NCBI GenBank assembly: GCA_045646625.1
Contig: JAZRLB010000004.1
Coordinates: 2,323 to 66,322, forward strand
Length of the DNA: 64,000 bases
DNA from: Candidatus Enterousia sp.
GTDB taxonomy: Bacteria; Pseudomonadota; Alphaproteobacteria; Rs-D84
Direction of reading: 5' to 3'
Positions 30,629-40,961 of this stretch are shown here, in pieces. Below the pieces are notes generated by a model, which saw only the letters and a list, made by a program, of their open reading frames with translations, ran no database searches and was not told the DNA's origin. The position numbers were made by a program, and so were the translations under genes. How positions within the stretch are numbered: position 1 is the stretch's first letter; every line of letters starts with the position of its first letter.

Positions 30629-31044
30629 CGTGACGCCACGCGGGCAATCAGGCTTTTTATTTTTTCTGAATTGTCTGTGGTTGCAACGCGACCATTCAAG
30701 CGCGTTTCAGCCAATTCCAGTAATTTGAAAAAATGTGGCGCACGCATACGAGTAATGACTGCGATTGGATTAAACTTATATTTTCCAAATGCGCGGCCAA
30801 CATTGTATCTTGTGTATGCGTATGTCATTCTATAGGTACCCTTGCGATATAATTCTATCCAGCCTTCTTTATTGGTTGTATATTTCGGGGCGCCATGCGG
30901 GGCGGTAATAAAAAGTTTATAATCACCACATTCGATTACGTAACTGGTTTCTGTCTTGGTGCTGGTATCTTGAATACCTATTGTTTTATTAGTAAGAATT
31001 GCAGATGCAACTTCGCACATCTCATCTACACTGATTCTGCCCAT
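30619..31044 (-). CDS. hypothetical protein
   Basis: 141-aa ORF convergent with previous gene; no family recognised. Confidence 0.4.
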   Translation of the reverse strand: MGRISVDEMCEVASAILTNKTIGIQDTSTKTETSYVIECGDYKLFITAPHGAPKYTTNKEGWIELYRKGTYRMTYAYTRYNVGRAFGKYKFNPIAVITRMRAPHFFKLLELAETRLNGRVATTDNSEKIKSLIARVASRQK

Positions 31045-31055
31045 TGTATCACCTT

Positions 31056-31502
31056 TTACGAAATCTTTTCAATACGACGAATACGGCGTTCAATTGCATC
31101 AAATGGACTTTCCAAGAATGCCTGGGCGCACAGGAATGCAACCTCGATATCAATGTCGTCGGCAGCCAATGCCATAACATTTGTGTCATCGTGAAAACGG
31201 TCATCGCGTGCCTGGGACGGATTATCACAGCGCGATGCACGAATGTGACGATAACGATTGGCCGCAATCATAACGCCAGCCCCTGTACCACAAATAATAA
31301 TTCCACGTGAATTTGGCACGTCCAACATCGCATCCGCTAATATAGCGGCAACATCTGGATAATCAACGGGGGTGTTCAGGTCATCTGTGCCCAAATTAAC
31401 AACGTTATACCCCGCCGCAGACAGCATTTCAATCAGGTATAATTTCAGACCAACACCACGATGATCGGCCGCAATAAAAACTTTACTTACTGTTTTGTTC
31501 AT
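31056..31502 (-). CDS. rpiB: ribose-5-phosphate isomerase B
   Basis: FIAADHRGVGLK...IICGTGAGVMIAANR catalytic Cys motif. Confidence 0.85.
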   Translation of the reverse strand: MNKTVSKVFIAADHRGVGLKLYLIEMLSAAGYNVVNLGTDDLNTPVDYPDVAAILADAMLDVPNSRGIIICGTGAGVMIAANRYRHIRASRCDNPSQARDDRFHDDTNVMALAADDIDIEVAFLCAQAFLESPFDAIERRIRRIEKIS

Positions 31503-31858
31503 TTTTCTTTGTCCTTGCGCTTTTGTAATTTACATTCCAGGCCTGTATTGCCTGTGATATTCAATGTGCGATATGACAAAATGCCAACCATTTTAGCCGC
31601 ACTGAATATGTTCGCAGTATTCACAGTCGCAGGGCCGTCTAATTCACCGTGCAAAAACAACACAGGCGTTTTAACCTCGCCTACAACGCGACCACCACGA
31701 CCAATAACAACTGTTTCGGCAGTAATGTTGCCGATAACTTCACCGTGAATCTGGACGTTATGGTCTGTTTTTATGTCACCTGTTAATTTGCAACCCGCAC
31801 CGATTACGGTCGGCGACTGCTTTTCAGTAGAGTTCGTAAATGCCAGCATATCATTCAT
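31499..31858 (-). CDS. bactofilin (polymer-forming cytoskeletal protein)
   Basis: 119 aa; beta-helical repeat pattern IGAGCKLTGDIKTDHNVQIHGEVIGNITAETVVIGRGGRVVGEV typical of DUF583/bactofilin. Confidence 0.7.
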   Translation of the reverse strand: MNDMLAFTNSTEKQSPTVIGAGCKLTGDIKTDHNVQIHGEVIGNITAETVVIGRGGRVVGEVKTPVLFLHGELDGPATVNTANIFSAAKMVGILSYRTLNITGNTGLECKLQKRKDKEK

Positions 31859-33128
31859 CCTTTACAAATTTAGTTGGGTCAAATGGGGCACCCTTGTACC
31901 GAATTTCATAATGTAAATGCGGTCCAGTTGAACGACCAGACGATCCCGCCAACCCAATAACAGTCCCAGGGCGCACCCAATCACCACGCGACACCAGAAT
32001 CTGGGACAGATGCGCATACAACGTTGTAAAGCCCAGACCATGGTCAATTTCAACCGTTGTGCCATAACCAACACGTTCGCCCGCCGACACAACGCGCCCA
32101 GGCGCAACCGCCATTAATTCTGTACCTATTTTGCCTGCAAAATCAATTCCACGATGCTTTTTAGGCTTGCCTGTAAATGGATCGTTACGTGTACCATAAT
32201 TGGATGTGACGCGAGAATTTACAGGCTTGCCCAATGGCAAGATTTCATTCAATCGACGCAGACCATTCCAACGCTCTAAACCATCGGCCAGACGCTGGTA
32301 TTTTTCATCCAATGTCCTGTCAAATTCAATAGGTGTAAATGCGGCCCCTACCAATGGAGTGTTATATTTGTTAGCACTGCGCAATAACGTCGTTTGGTTC
32401 AGCCCCAATGATACAAGCGTACTGTTTATACGCTTGATATTTTTTTGTAATTCTTCTGTGTTTTCTTTGGTTAACGCAGTCACTGTATCAACAATAATAT
32501 TATCCGCATCGACAATTTGCGACATCGACTCAACCATCTGGGCGTTGCGCTTTTTTAATTCTTCATTTTCAGCACGTGTCAATTCGTATTCTGCGGACAA
32601 TTCTGATAATTTTGTGTATTCAGGTGTAAAATCTTCGTCGCGCAACATTTCAACAATGCGCGTGCGCAGAAAGTCCAGTTCGCCCCACGTCTTGATACGG
32701 GAATTCATCAGTTTTTCACGTTCGGCTTCTTTTAAATCTTTGTCATTTAAAACCTTGTCATCAATGACATTCAAGTCACGAACCAGATTATTATATTTCG
32801 TCAGATATGTCTGCAAATCAGACATATGACGTGCATGGGTCGTACGTGCTATTTCCAACTGTTCTGTGCGCTTCTGCAATAATGGACGATGATATACAAA
32901 TACATATGTCGACCAGGATGCCCACAAAACCAAACCAATCTTGGCACAAAAGCGGGTAAAACGCCAAAAACTGGACTGACTGTATGTGTAGACATTGCCA
33001 CGCGGAGTATCCATTACCGTAAATTCACGTGGCGGAAAAACACGCACAATCACGCGCCATACAGCACGAAACGGAGATGTGATAAACGCCCACAAGGACG
33101 TAAAATAACGCGTTATAAAATTTATCAT
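31851..33128 (-). CDS. membrane-anchored M23 (LytM) peptidase with cytoplasmic N-terminus, TM, coiled coil and C-terminal M23 domain (LmdC-like)
   Basis: HRGIDFAG...HLHYEI zinc-binding M23 motifs; TM IGLVLWASWSTYVFVY; central heptad-rich region. Confidence 0.8.
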   Translation of the reverse strand: MINFITRYFTSLWAFITSPFRAVWRVIVRVFPPREFTVMDTPRGNVYTYSQSSFWRFTRFCAKIGLVLWASWSTYVFVYHRPLLQKRTEQLEIARTTHARHMSDLQTYLTKYNNLVRDLNVIDDKVLNDKDLKEAEREKLMNSRIKTWGELDFLRTRIVEMLRDEDFTPEYTKLSELSAEYELTRAENEELKKRNAQMVESMSQIVDADNIIVDTVTALTKENTEELQKNIKRINSTLVSLGLNQTTLLRSANKYNTPLVGAAFTPIEFDRTLDEKYQRLADGLERWNGLRRLNEILPLGKPVNSRVTSNYGTRNDPFTGKPKKHRGIDFAGKIGTELMAVAPGRVVSAGERVGYGTTVEIDHGLGFTTLYAHLSQILVSRGDWVRPGTVIGLAGSSGRSTGPHLHYEIRYKGAPFDPTKFVKDE

Positions 33129-33808
33129 TTTAACGTTAGTCTAGACAAAATATCTGCAATAGTCAAGCCGTCGCGCAAAACAGGTTCGCAATTCATAGAA
33201 AGCCCCCGATGCAGGACAGATATCCCGCGCGACCCAAGACGTCCAGAGACCAAAACCCGTTCGGCTGTATCACGCGCGCCAAACAGCGGCAAGATAGTTA
33301 TATCGCCTAACTTTTTTGCCATTTCTGATACAACCAAACCAGTCGTGGCAGCATCGGTTATGATACAAAACGTGCCCATCGGCCGTACGCGTGCAATGCA
33401 ACGTGCAACCCAGGTGGATAAATCTGCGTTATGATGCGCATTATGCCTGGCCGGGGTGCCATTAAAATACGGCGGATTCGTTATAACCAAATCAAATGTT
33501 CGTGTCGTACGCCACGTGTTAATATCTGCATTTATCAGTTCTGCGTCCGTGCCATTCAGGTCCAAGTTGCCGCGACACGCCGACAACATTTCATCAGATG
33601 TATCGATACCTGTAATCTTTGCGTCTGGATTGTTGGCCAACAGACACAGTGATACGCCACCTGAACCGACCCCAACGTCCAATACAGTTTTAACACCGCC
33701 TGGTGCAAAGGCCGCCAGCCATACGGCATCTGACGTTGGGTTATAGTGACCACGGCGCATTTTTATACGCCCGCCCATCAAGGTAAAAATTTCTTGTTTT
33801 ATGCTCAT
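33125..33808 (-). CDS. class I SAM-dependent methyltransferase with NPPY motif (TrmN6/YfiC-like)
   Basis: VLDVGVGSGGVSL SAM motif I; DLVITNPPYF motif IV. Confidence 0.65.
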   Translation of the reverse strand: MSIKQEIFTLMGGRIKMRRGHYNPTSDAVWLAAFAPGGVKTVLDVGVGSGGVSLCLLANNPDAKITGIDTSDEMLSACRGNLDLNGTDAELINADINTWRTTRTFDLVITNPPYFNGTPARHNAHHNADLSTWVARCIARVRPMGTFCIITDAATTGLVVSEMAKKLGDITILPLFGARDTAERVLVSGRLGSRGISVLHRGLSMNCEPVLRDGLTIADILSRLTLK

Positions 33809-33845
33809 CTGTATTTATAATAAAACAACAAAAACAAAAGGCAAG

Positions 33846-34835
33846 TTTATGTTGAATGAATTTATAGTGGTTGAAAGTGCCATCAGCGCATTTAATAACG
33901 CAGCGTTATGGATGCCTGCCTTTCTGTGGTGGACAATCTTGGCGTTGCCATTGTTTGTTGTTGTCTATTGGTGCCGAAGCACCATTATGAGTCGAATTGG
34001 TTGGAAACGCGAAAATATTCTGAACAAATCTGCGACCTGGGTTGCAGGATTAACCTGTGTGTGGGCGATTATGTTTGGCGGCAACTATGGCGTGCTGCGC
34101 GACAGTTTGTCCGTATTGCCAATGATGATGGCGACGATTTTGTTTTTAACATCCTTGTTCGTTTCATCGCATTTGAGAGAATACGCCCTGCCCCGAATGA
34201 ATTGGTGGCGCTGGATAATGGTAATAGGAATATTGCTGGTCGTGGGTGCGTCAGACACACACGCCTGGTGGGGACCAATATTACAAATTTGCGCATTGGC
34301 GGCAGGGATTGTTCTGGGACGTATTGCCCGAGAAAAAATGAGACCTGTGGCAGGATTAGTATTAATTATGATGATGGTCGCGACAGCAATGTTAATGCAA
34401 CCTGAATTTTTCAGATTTGGCCAATTGGGAAATCTGACCGCGGTGCATTTGCTGGCAATGCTGGCGCTGGGGGGCGCGTGCGTAATGACCGTCGCTATAC
34501 AAAATATTAATTCACAAGGAAAAATTCACCGCAGTATTTATATCAAGTTTAAATGGCTGATGCGTGTAATATGCGCATTGGGGGTGGCACTGTTTATATT
34601 GACCGAGGCCGTACCCGTCTTTATCGGAACAACAGTCGCGCTGTTTATGTCAATTGCACTGTCCGTATGGCATTCTAAGACCGTAAATCGCGCATTGGCA
34701 GACAAAGCCTTTTCTGTCGCAATTATGACATTTGGTGTAATTACAGTTATGCCAGCCATTACTGCAATTGGAATTTTATACTGGGGCAATTCAGACAATG
34801 TGAAAATTTGGGACGAATGCAAACACTTGTTATAA
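33846..34835 (+). CDS. hypothetical polytopic membrane protein
   Basis: At least 9 hydrophobic helices; start chosen at MLNEFIVV; no family recognised. Confidence 0.5.
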   Translation, partial: FMLNEFIVVESAISAFNNAALWMPAFLWWTILALPLFVVVYWCRSTIMSRIGWKRENILNKSATWVAGLTCVWAIMFGGNYGVLRDSLSVLPMMMATILFLTSLFVSSHLREYALPRMNWWRWIMVIGILLVVGASDTHAWWGPILQICALAAGIVLGRIAREKMRPVAGLVLIMMMVATAMLMQPEFFRFGQLGNLTAVHLLAMLALGGACVMTVAIQNINSQGKIHRSIYIKFKWLMRVICALGVALFILTEAVPVFIGTTVALFMSIALSVWHSKTVNRALADKAFSVAIMTFGVITVMPAITAIGILYWGNSDNVKIWDECKHLL

Positions 34836-34918
34836 TTGGTTATATTTATTGAATAACAATTTGTATTGATTTAATATATTATTCAACCCGTTAATAATTA
34901 AAAAGAACGGGTTTTATT

Positions 34919-35719
34919 ATGGCTATACATCCAACAGCGATTATTCACGAAGGCGCAAAACTGGGCGCAGACTGTAAAATTGGCCCATATTGTATCGTGG
35001 GCGCCAATGTCGTACTGGGCGACCGTGTGGAATTGGTTTCGCACGTCGTGATTGATGGAAAAACATCAGTTGGCGACGATTCTATTATTTATCCTTTTGC
35101 CGTGGTTGGCGTTATGAGCCAAGATTTGAAATGGCAAGACGAAGCAACAATGACCGGCGTTCGCATCGGTAAACGTTGCAAAATTCGCGAATACGCAACA
35201 ATTCATTCTGGAACACCAGCATCCGATGGAACGGTGATTGGGGACGACTGTCAAATTATGGTTAATGCACACGTTGCACACGACTGTCGCGTAGGAAACA
35301 GTGTCGTTATGTCTAACTTGGTTCAATTAGCAGGTCACGTAGAAGTTGAAGACTTTGCAATTATCAGTGGCGGCGCAATGGTTCTGCAATTTGCACGCAT
35401 CGGACGCAACGCATTTATCGGTGGTATGTCAGGCGTTGGAAACGATGTATTGCCGTACGCAATCTATGACGGCAGTCCGCGCGCAGTATATCGCACGATC
35501 AACCGCGTTGGTTTAATGCGCCACGGTTTTACAAATGAAGATATGCACGCAATTCACGCTGTGTATTCGACGGTGTTTAATGGCGGTGAAGGTACTGTGT
35601 CAGAAAGATTGGCTAAGGTTCGCAAAGAAGTCAAAAATAATAAATATGCAATGGATGCAATTGACTTTATCGAAAATCGTTCAAAGCGCGGAATTGGTAC
35701 GTCAAAAAATGCAGAATAA
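34919..35719 (+). CDS. lpxA: acyl-ACP--UDP-N-acetylglucosamine O-acyltransferase
   Basis: Hexapeptide-repeat left-handed beta helix; MAIHPTAIIHEGAKLG N-terminus typical of LpxA. Confidence 0.9.
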   Translation: MAIHPTAIIHEGAKLGADCKIGPYCIVGANVVLGDRVELVSHVVIDGKTSVGDDSIIYPFAVVGVMSQDLKWQDEATMTGVRIGKRCKIREYATIHSGTPASDGTVIGDDCQIMVNAHVAHDCRVGNSVVMSNLVQLAGHVEVEDFAIISGGAMVLQFARIGRNAFIGGMSGVGNDVLPYAIYDGSPRAVYRTINRVGLMRHGFTNEDMHAIHAVYSTVFNGGEGTVSERLAKVRKEVKNNKYAMDAIDFIENRSKRGIGTSKNAE

Positions 35720-36848
35720 AAAACAAACTGTATTTATTGTTGCAGGCGAAGTGTCAGGCGATGTATTAGGTGGACGCATTATGTCCCAAATGCCAGACAC
35801 TGAATTTATTGGTATTGGCGGACAAAATATGCAGGCGGCGGGGCTGCAGTCCCTGTTTCCTATGTCCGATTTGGCCGTTATGGGTATTGTCGAGGTTTTG
35901 GCGCACGCGCACACACTGACCCGACGGATTAATCAAACAGTTGATGCAATTATTGAATGTAAGCCAGACGTCGTTGTATCAATTGATGCACCTGGATTTA
36001 TTAAAAGCGTTATAAAAAAAATCCGCAAATCACAAGAAGGTCAAAAGTTGATTGCAGACGGTCTGCGCTTTCATCACGTTGTTGCGCCCCAGGTGTGGGC
36101 ATGGCGACCAGGACGCGCAAAAAAATATGCAAACACGTTTGACAAACTGTATGCGTTCTTTGATTTTGAAGTGCCATATTTTACCAAACACGGTCTGGAA
36201 ACCGTGGCGGTGGGACATCCAATTGCAGATGCACTGGTCGGAAAATATAAACAGACAAAAAAACAGACCGAAAAAATTATTACACTGGTTCCCGGCAGCA
36301 GAATGTCCGAGGTAAAGCGGTTGCTGCCCTTGATGCGCGATGTGGCAGAACAACTGGCACGCAATGGATATATGGGATACAAGTTTATAATACCAACCGT
36401 GGAAACAACCGAAGATTATGTAAAACAAGAAACTGCCAGCTGGCGCATAAAACCAACGCTGGTGCCAGCCAGCGAACGATATAACATATACGCCAAGACA
36501 TATATAGCAGTTGCCGCCAGCGGAACAGTATCAGCAGAATTGGCAATGCTGCACGTGCCAGCGATTATAGTGTATAAAATGAACCCAATAACGACCTGGA
36601 TTGGCCGAATGCTTATAAAAGTTAAGTGGGTGTCATTGGTTAACATTTTGCTGAATCGTGGGGTATATCCTGAATTTTTGGGCCCTGCGGCAACGACTGA
36701 AAATATCTTAGGAGCAGTACAGCAATTAACAATTCCGTCAAAACGCGAACGTATGATTGCAGATTTAGAATCTGCAGATAAATTATGGCGCCCAAATTTA
36801 GATGGTGCTGGTGCTGCAATTGCCAATGGAATTAAGAAATCCGCTTAA
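35709..36848 (+). CDS. lpxB: lipid-A-disaccharide synthase
   Basis: ATG at 35709 overlaps lpxA stop by 11 nt; TVFIVAGEVSGDVLG N-terminus, GT-B fold. Confidence 0.85.
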   Translation: MQNKKQTVFIVAGEVSGDVLGGRIMSQMPDTEFIGIGGQNMQAAGLQSLFPMSDLAVMGIVEVLAHAHTLTRRINQTVDAIIECKPDVVVSIDAPGFIKSVIKKIRKSQEGQKLIADGLRFHHVVAPQVWAWRPGRAKKYANTFDKLYAFFDFEVPYFTKHGLETVAVGHPIADALVGKYKQTKKQTEKIITLVPGSRMSEVKRLLPLMRDVAEQLARNGYMGYKFIIPTVETTEDYVKQETASWRIKPTLVPASERYNIYAKTYIAVAASGTVSAELAMLHVPAIIVYKMNPITTWIGRMLIKVKWVSLVNILLNRGVYPEFLGPAATTENILGAVQQLTIPSKRERMIADLESADKLWRPNLDGAGAAIANGIKKSA

Positions 36849-36859
36849 TCGCGGATTTC

Positions 36860-37465
36860 TTAATTATGAAAATAGGAATTGTTCTGTTTCAGCCATCCGA
36901 TACTGGTGTCCATACCGTGACCGTGCACAATCGCCGTATCGTCAGGCAGGTTCATATCATAGATATTTGCGATTGATTTTAACAACATTTTCAGGTCCCC
37001 GCCTGGCAGATCGTATCGACCAATTCCAGGCTGGAACAATGTATCACCAATTAACAGCACCTTTTCGTCTGGGAAATGGTATGCCACACCACCCGGCGTA
37101 TGCCCAGGCGTTTCGATTACATCCATAAATAAACCCGGTAAAATTTCTGTTCGCTTTAATTCCAGAGGTGTTGGGCGCACATCATCAACACTGATTTTTG
37201 GTAATCCAAAATATTCCAGCAAGTCATTTCCCCAGCCAACCAATCTGAAATCGCCACTGTGCAAGAACCAGGGCACGTTATACATTTTGGACAACGCAGG
37301 CGTGCACGCGATATGGTCCGGATGACCGTGCGTCGCATATATAGCGCGCAGTTTCAGTCCGCGCCCATCCAGAATTTTAGCCCATTCGTCCGCATATCCC
37401 CACGCATCAAACAAAACACAATCATTGCCCACAGTCACCAGCACAGACTGGGTATTTTCAGGGGA
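36860..37465 (-). CDS. MBL-fold metallo-hydrolase (glyoxalase II-like)
   Basis: ATHGHPDHI metal-binding motif; start uncertain (37465, 37507 or 37564). Confidence 0.65.
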   Translation of the reverse strand, partial: SPENTQSVLVTVGNDCVLFDAWGYADEWAKILDGRGLKLRAIYATHGHPDHIACTPALSKMYNVPWFLHSGDFRLVGWGNDLLEYFGLPKISVDDVRPTPLELKRTEILPGLFMDVIETPGHTPGGVAYHFPDEKVLLIGDTLFQPGIGRYDLPGGDLKMLLKSIANIYDMNLPDDTAIVHGHGMDTSIGWLKQNNSYFHN

Positions 37466-37484
37466 CATTTGGAACAATTCGAAT

Positions 37485-39449
37485 TTACTGTTTGTCAGAT
37501 TTTGCATTTTTTCGCGCTTTGGTTTTCTTCTCAGATTTTTCGGCTGATTTTTTACCGAATACAATTTCGCGAATTTCTGCGCCAGTCAATGTTTCTCGGT
37601 TCAGCAATTCGTTGGCTAGTTTTTCAACCGTCTTTTTATTCTTGGTCAGATGTTTTGTTGCGTCCATATGCGCCGCATCTAACCAGGCACGAATTTCACC
37701 ATCTACAAGTTCAGCTGTCTTTTCTGATGCGTTTTCCAGCGCACCACGTACGCCAAATGTACCAACCTGGTTAATGGCAGGCAAGCCCACCTTTTTAGAC
37801 AAGCCTGCAGTTGTTATTGAATACCGAGCCAGGCGCGTGGCCATTGCGATATCGCTTTCTGCACCTGTGGTGATTTTGTCTGCACCAAAGAATATTTCTT
37901 CGGCACATCTGCCGGCCAGTGCAATGGACAGGTTTGCGCGAACCTCGGCCAGGGTCATAGATACCTTGTCATCAATCGGCAGGTGCTGAACCATACCCAG
38001 CGCGCGACCACGTGGGATAATCGTCGCCTTGTGCACAGGGTCGGTAATGTCTTCGTACATCATACTGACGAATGCATGGCCTGCTTCGTGATACGCAGTC
38101 AGTTTGATATCTTCGGGGCGCATTTTGCGAATTTTGCGTGGCCCCATAATAATTTTATCCCGCGCTTCTTCGATATCGTCCGGCGTGATTTTATCGCGAC
38201 CATTGCGAACCGCGTGCAGGGCCGCTTCGTTCAACAGGTTTTCCAAATCTGCACCTGAAAATCCAGTTGTGCCACGTGCAATATCCTGCAGATTCACGTT
38301 GTCACAAACCTTGACCTTTTTGGCGTATAAATCCAGAATTTCGCGACGACCGGCCATATCTGGCAGTTCAATATAAACCTGGCGGTCAAAGCGACCCGGG
38401 CGCAATAATGCCGCATCCAACATATCTACGCGATTTGTTGCGCCGATTACAATAATTCCTGTGTCATTGGCAAAACCATCCATTTCAATCAACAACTGAT
38501 TTAGTGTCTGTTCCCGGTCTTGGTCATTATATGAATGGGTTGAACGTTTTTGCCCAATCGCATCAATTTCATCAATGAACAAAATACATGGCGCGTTGCG
38601 TTTAGCCATTTCAAAGATTTCTTTTATCTTGGCGACCCCCAGTCCAACAATAATACCTGAAAAGTCAGATCCAGATGCCGCAAAGAAAGGAACGTTTGCT
38701 TCGCCCGCAATTGCGCGTGCCAATAATGTTTTACCCGTTCCAGGCTGGCCCGACAACAACACGCCGCGTGGCACACGTGCCCCCAGTGATTTGTATTTGT
38801 CTTTGTTTTTCAAAAAGTCGACAATTTCAGATAATTCTTGTTTTTCAGAATCAATACCGGCCACGTCCGCAAATGTTGTCTTAGGTTTGCCAGTTGCAAT
38901 CTTGGTTGGGTTTTGCCCAATTAAACTGCGACTGATTCCGCCCGCCGCACCACCACGACGAAAGCCACGCAAAATCCAAAAGATAAACAGCAGCGTCAAT
39001 GCCAATGGCGCAAATGTCGCGACTGTATCCACCCAGCCGCGTGACGTATCAATTGTAATCGCAGTCCCAGATTCAGATAACTTTGCCAGCATTTCCGGAT
39101 CATATGTAATCGTTGCTGTATATTTTGTTCCGTCCGCCAACGTGCCGGTCGCATCATTGCCGTTTATCTTCATCGTTTTAATTTCAGGCGCACGTCGCAG
39201 CACATCCGAAAAAGATAGTTCCACAGGCTTGGTATTTGAAAGTTTTGGCATAGAAGGCGTATCATTTAGTCTACCCCCGCCCAACAATAAAATGCGTGCA
39301 ATTACCGCAATAAATAGTATACCAAAAAACATTAAAAACCAATTGGCACGATCGGTGTGTTTCGTATTATTTTTTTGATTGTTGTTTTTTAAGTCTTTTA
39401 ATTTTTTCATTTTTTTTCCTGATGCTTGTTTTTGCGCCTTCGGGGACAA
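37485..39449 (-). CDS. ftsH: ATP-dependent zinc metalloprotease FtsH
   Basis: AAA Walker A GQPGTGKT, SRH, HEAGH zinc motif; start codon uncertain (overlaps tilS end). Confidence 0.95.
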   Translation of the reverse strand: MSPKAQKQASGKKMKKLKDLKNNNQKNNTKHTDRANWFLMFFGILFIAVIARILLLGGGRLNDTPSMPKLSNTKPVELSFSDVLRRAPEIKTMKINGNDATGTLADGTKYTATITYDPEMLAKLSESGTAITIDTSRGWVDTVATFAPLALTLLFIFWILRGFRRGGAAGGISRSLIGQNPTKIATGKPKTTFADVAGIDSEKQELSEIVDFLKNKDKYKSLGARVPRGVLLSGQPGTGKTLLARAIAGEANVPFFAASGSDFSGIIVGLGVAKIKEIFEMAKRNAPCILFIDEIDAIGQKRSTHSYNDQDREQTLNQLLIEMDGFANDTGIIVIGATNRVDMLDAALLRPGRFDRQVYIELPDMAGRREILDLYAKKVKVCDNVNLQDIARGTTGFSGADLENLLNEAALHAVRNGRDKITPDDIEEARDKIIMGPRKIRKMRPEDIKLTAYHEAGHAFVSMMYEDITDPVHKATIIPRGRALGMVQHLPIDDKVSMTLAEVRANLSIALAGRCAEEIFFGADKITTGAESDIAMATRLARYSITTAGLSKKVGLPAINQVGTFGVRGALENASEKTAELVDGEIRAWLDAAHMDATKHLTKNKKTVEKLANELLNRETLTGAEIREIVFGKKSAEKSEKKTKARKNAKSDKQ

Positions 39450-40362
39450 TCAGAATCTGAGAGCAGTGGCGCCGAATTGTGCAGTGCCCCAATGTAAACT
39501 GACAGTCGTCGTGCAGTTTAGTTAGTGCTAATTCCAATGAATTCAAGCGTGGCTGATATTCATTCCCCCCGATGGTCTGAATTAATATTCCCAGCAACTT
39601 TAGACCAATATGGGGTGGCACGTCAAATAGAAAAGAATCTGAAAATAATGCGTACCCATCATACAAGACAGACGAAGCACGCGCCGTAACATCGTTTTCC
39701 AGCGCATCACGGGCACGAGACAAATTTTCAATCGCTAATAAAATTCTGTCATCAGAAATCCCTAGTTTTTCTGACAACAAATGACGATTCTGACGAATTT
39801 TAACCCGAGTATATTTATCGTCAAAATTCATTTCGTCTTCAAAGTATTTAATGGCGTTATTCTGACAATATTCAACCAATTCGCGCCTGAACACGTCCAG
39901 CAGCGGACGTACAATTTTGATTCCATCGCGATAAGTTTCACGCTGAATGCCAGACAAGCCGACAACACCACTGCCACGCGACAGGTTCATCAGAAATGTT
40001 TCGATTTGGTCGTCGGCCTGGTGCGCAATCATCAGAACGTCAATATTATTTTCGTGGCAAAAATCAATCATAAATTTATATCGCGCGTTGCGGGCAGCGG
40101 CTTCTACGCCGGTTAGTGGCTTTTGTTCCAGCCAATGAAATATGTGACACGGTATACCCAGCTTTTCACACGTCGCGACAACATATTCTGATTCTGTATC
40201 CGCGGCGGAACGCAGGTGGTGATGAACGTGCAACGCGACTATATCCAGCTTTAATCCAGCCAGCCAATGCAACAGACAAACAGAATCAACGCCACCACTG
40301 ACCGCCACGGCTATGCGTTGATTGGAATAATTGCGCATAAAATCTAAAAACTTTTCATTCAT
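39367..40362 (-). CDS. tilS: tRNA(Ile)-lysidine synthetase
   Basis: PP-loop SGGVDS; conserved position upstream of ftsH. Confidence 0.85.
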   Translation of the reverse strand: MNEKFLDFMRNYSNQRIAVAVSGGVDSVCLLHWLAGLKLDIVALHVHHHLRSAADTESEYVVATCEKLGIPCHIFHWLEQKPLTGVEAAARNARYKFMIDFCHENNIDVLMIAHQADDQIETFLMNLSRGSGVVGLSGIQRETYRDGIKIVRPLLDVFRRELVEYCQNNAIKYFEDEMNFDDKYTRVKIRQNRHLLSEKLGISDDRILLAIENLSRARDALENDVTARASSVLYDGYALFSDSFLFDVPPHIGLKLLGILIQTIGGNEYQPRLNSLELALTKLHDDCQFTLGHCTIRRHCSQILIVPEGAKTSIRKKNEKIKRLKKQQSKK

Positions 40363-40409
40363 TGTATGGCTATTTTATGGTATAATTTTTAAAAATAAAG
40401 GAAAAAGAA

Positions 40410-40961
40410 ATGGCAGGTAATTTGAAATCAATCGCTGTATATTGCGGACATCAAACAGGCAAAGACCCACAGTTTAAACAGGATGCGCGCGCGGTGGGGC
40501 GTCTGCTGGCAAAAAATGGAATTCGTATGGTTTTTGGCGGTGGAGACGTAGGATTAATGGGCACAGTTGCAACAGCAGCGCTGGACAACGGTGGCGAAGT
40601 TATTGGCGTTTCAACCAATGACGTTATCGCAATGCAAGAACCCGCGCACAAAGAAATTGCGGTTCAGGTTGTTGACGGTGTTAATGAACGCAAACAAATT
40701 ATGTTTGATGAATCGGACGCTTTTATTATTTTGCCGGGTGGAATTGGCACACTTAATGAATTAACGGATATTTTAACAATGCAACAGATTGGCGAGACAA
40801 CAAAACCGCTGTTCTTTTTGAACACAAATGGTTTTTGGAATCCATTGACACGACTGGTAAAACATATGCAAAAAAATGGATTTATTGTCAAAACCGAAAA
40901 TTACAACATATTCCACGCGGAAACAGTGGCGGAATTAAAAAAACAGATTTTGAACTATTAA
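40410..40961 (+). CDS. LOG-family (TIGR00730) nucleotide phosphoribohydrolase
   Basis: GGGxxGLMG and PGGxGTxxE motifs. Confidence 0.8.
   Translation: MAGNLKSIAVYCGHQTGKDPQFKQDARAVGRLLAKNGIRMVFGGGDVGLMGTVATAALDNGGEVIGVSTNDVIAMQEPAHKEIAVQVVDGVNERKQIMFDESDAFIILPGGIGTLNELTDILTMQQIGETTKPLFFLNTNGFWNPLTRLVKHMQKNGFIVKTENYNIFHAETVAELKKQILNY

Noticed and set aside
38575-39378. 267-aa ORF antisense to ftsH
   Set aside because: Embedded antisense ORF; no start context; ftsH assignment is unambiguous.
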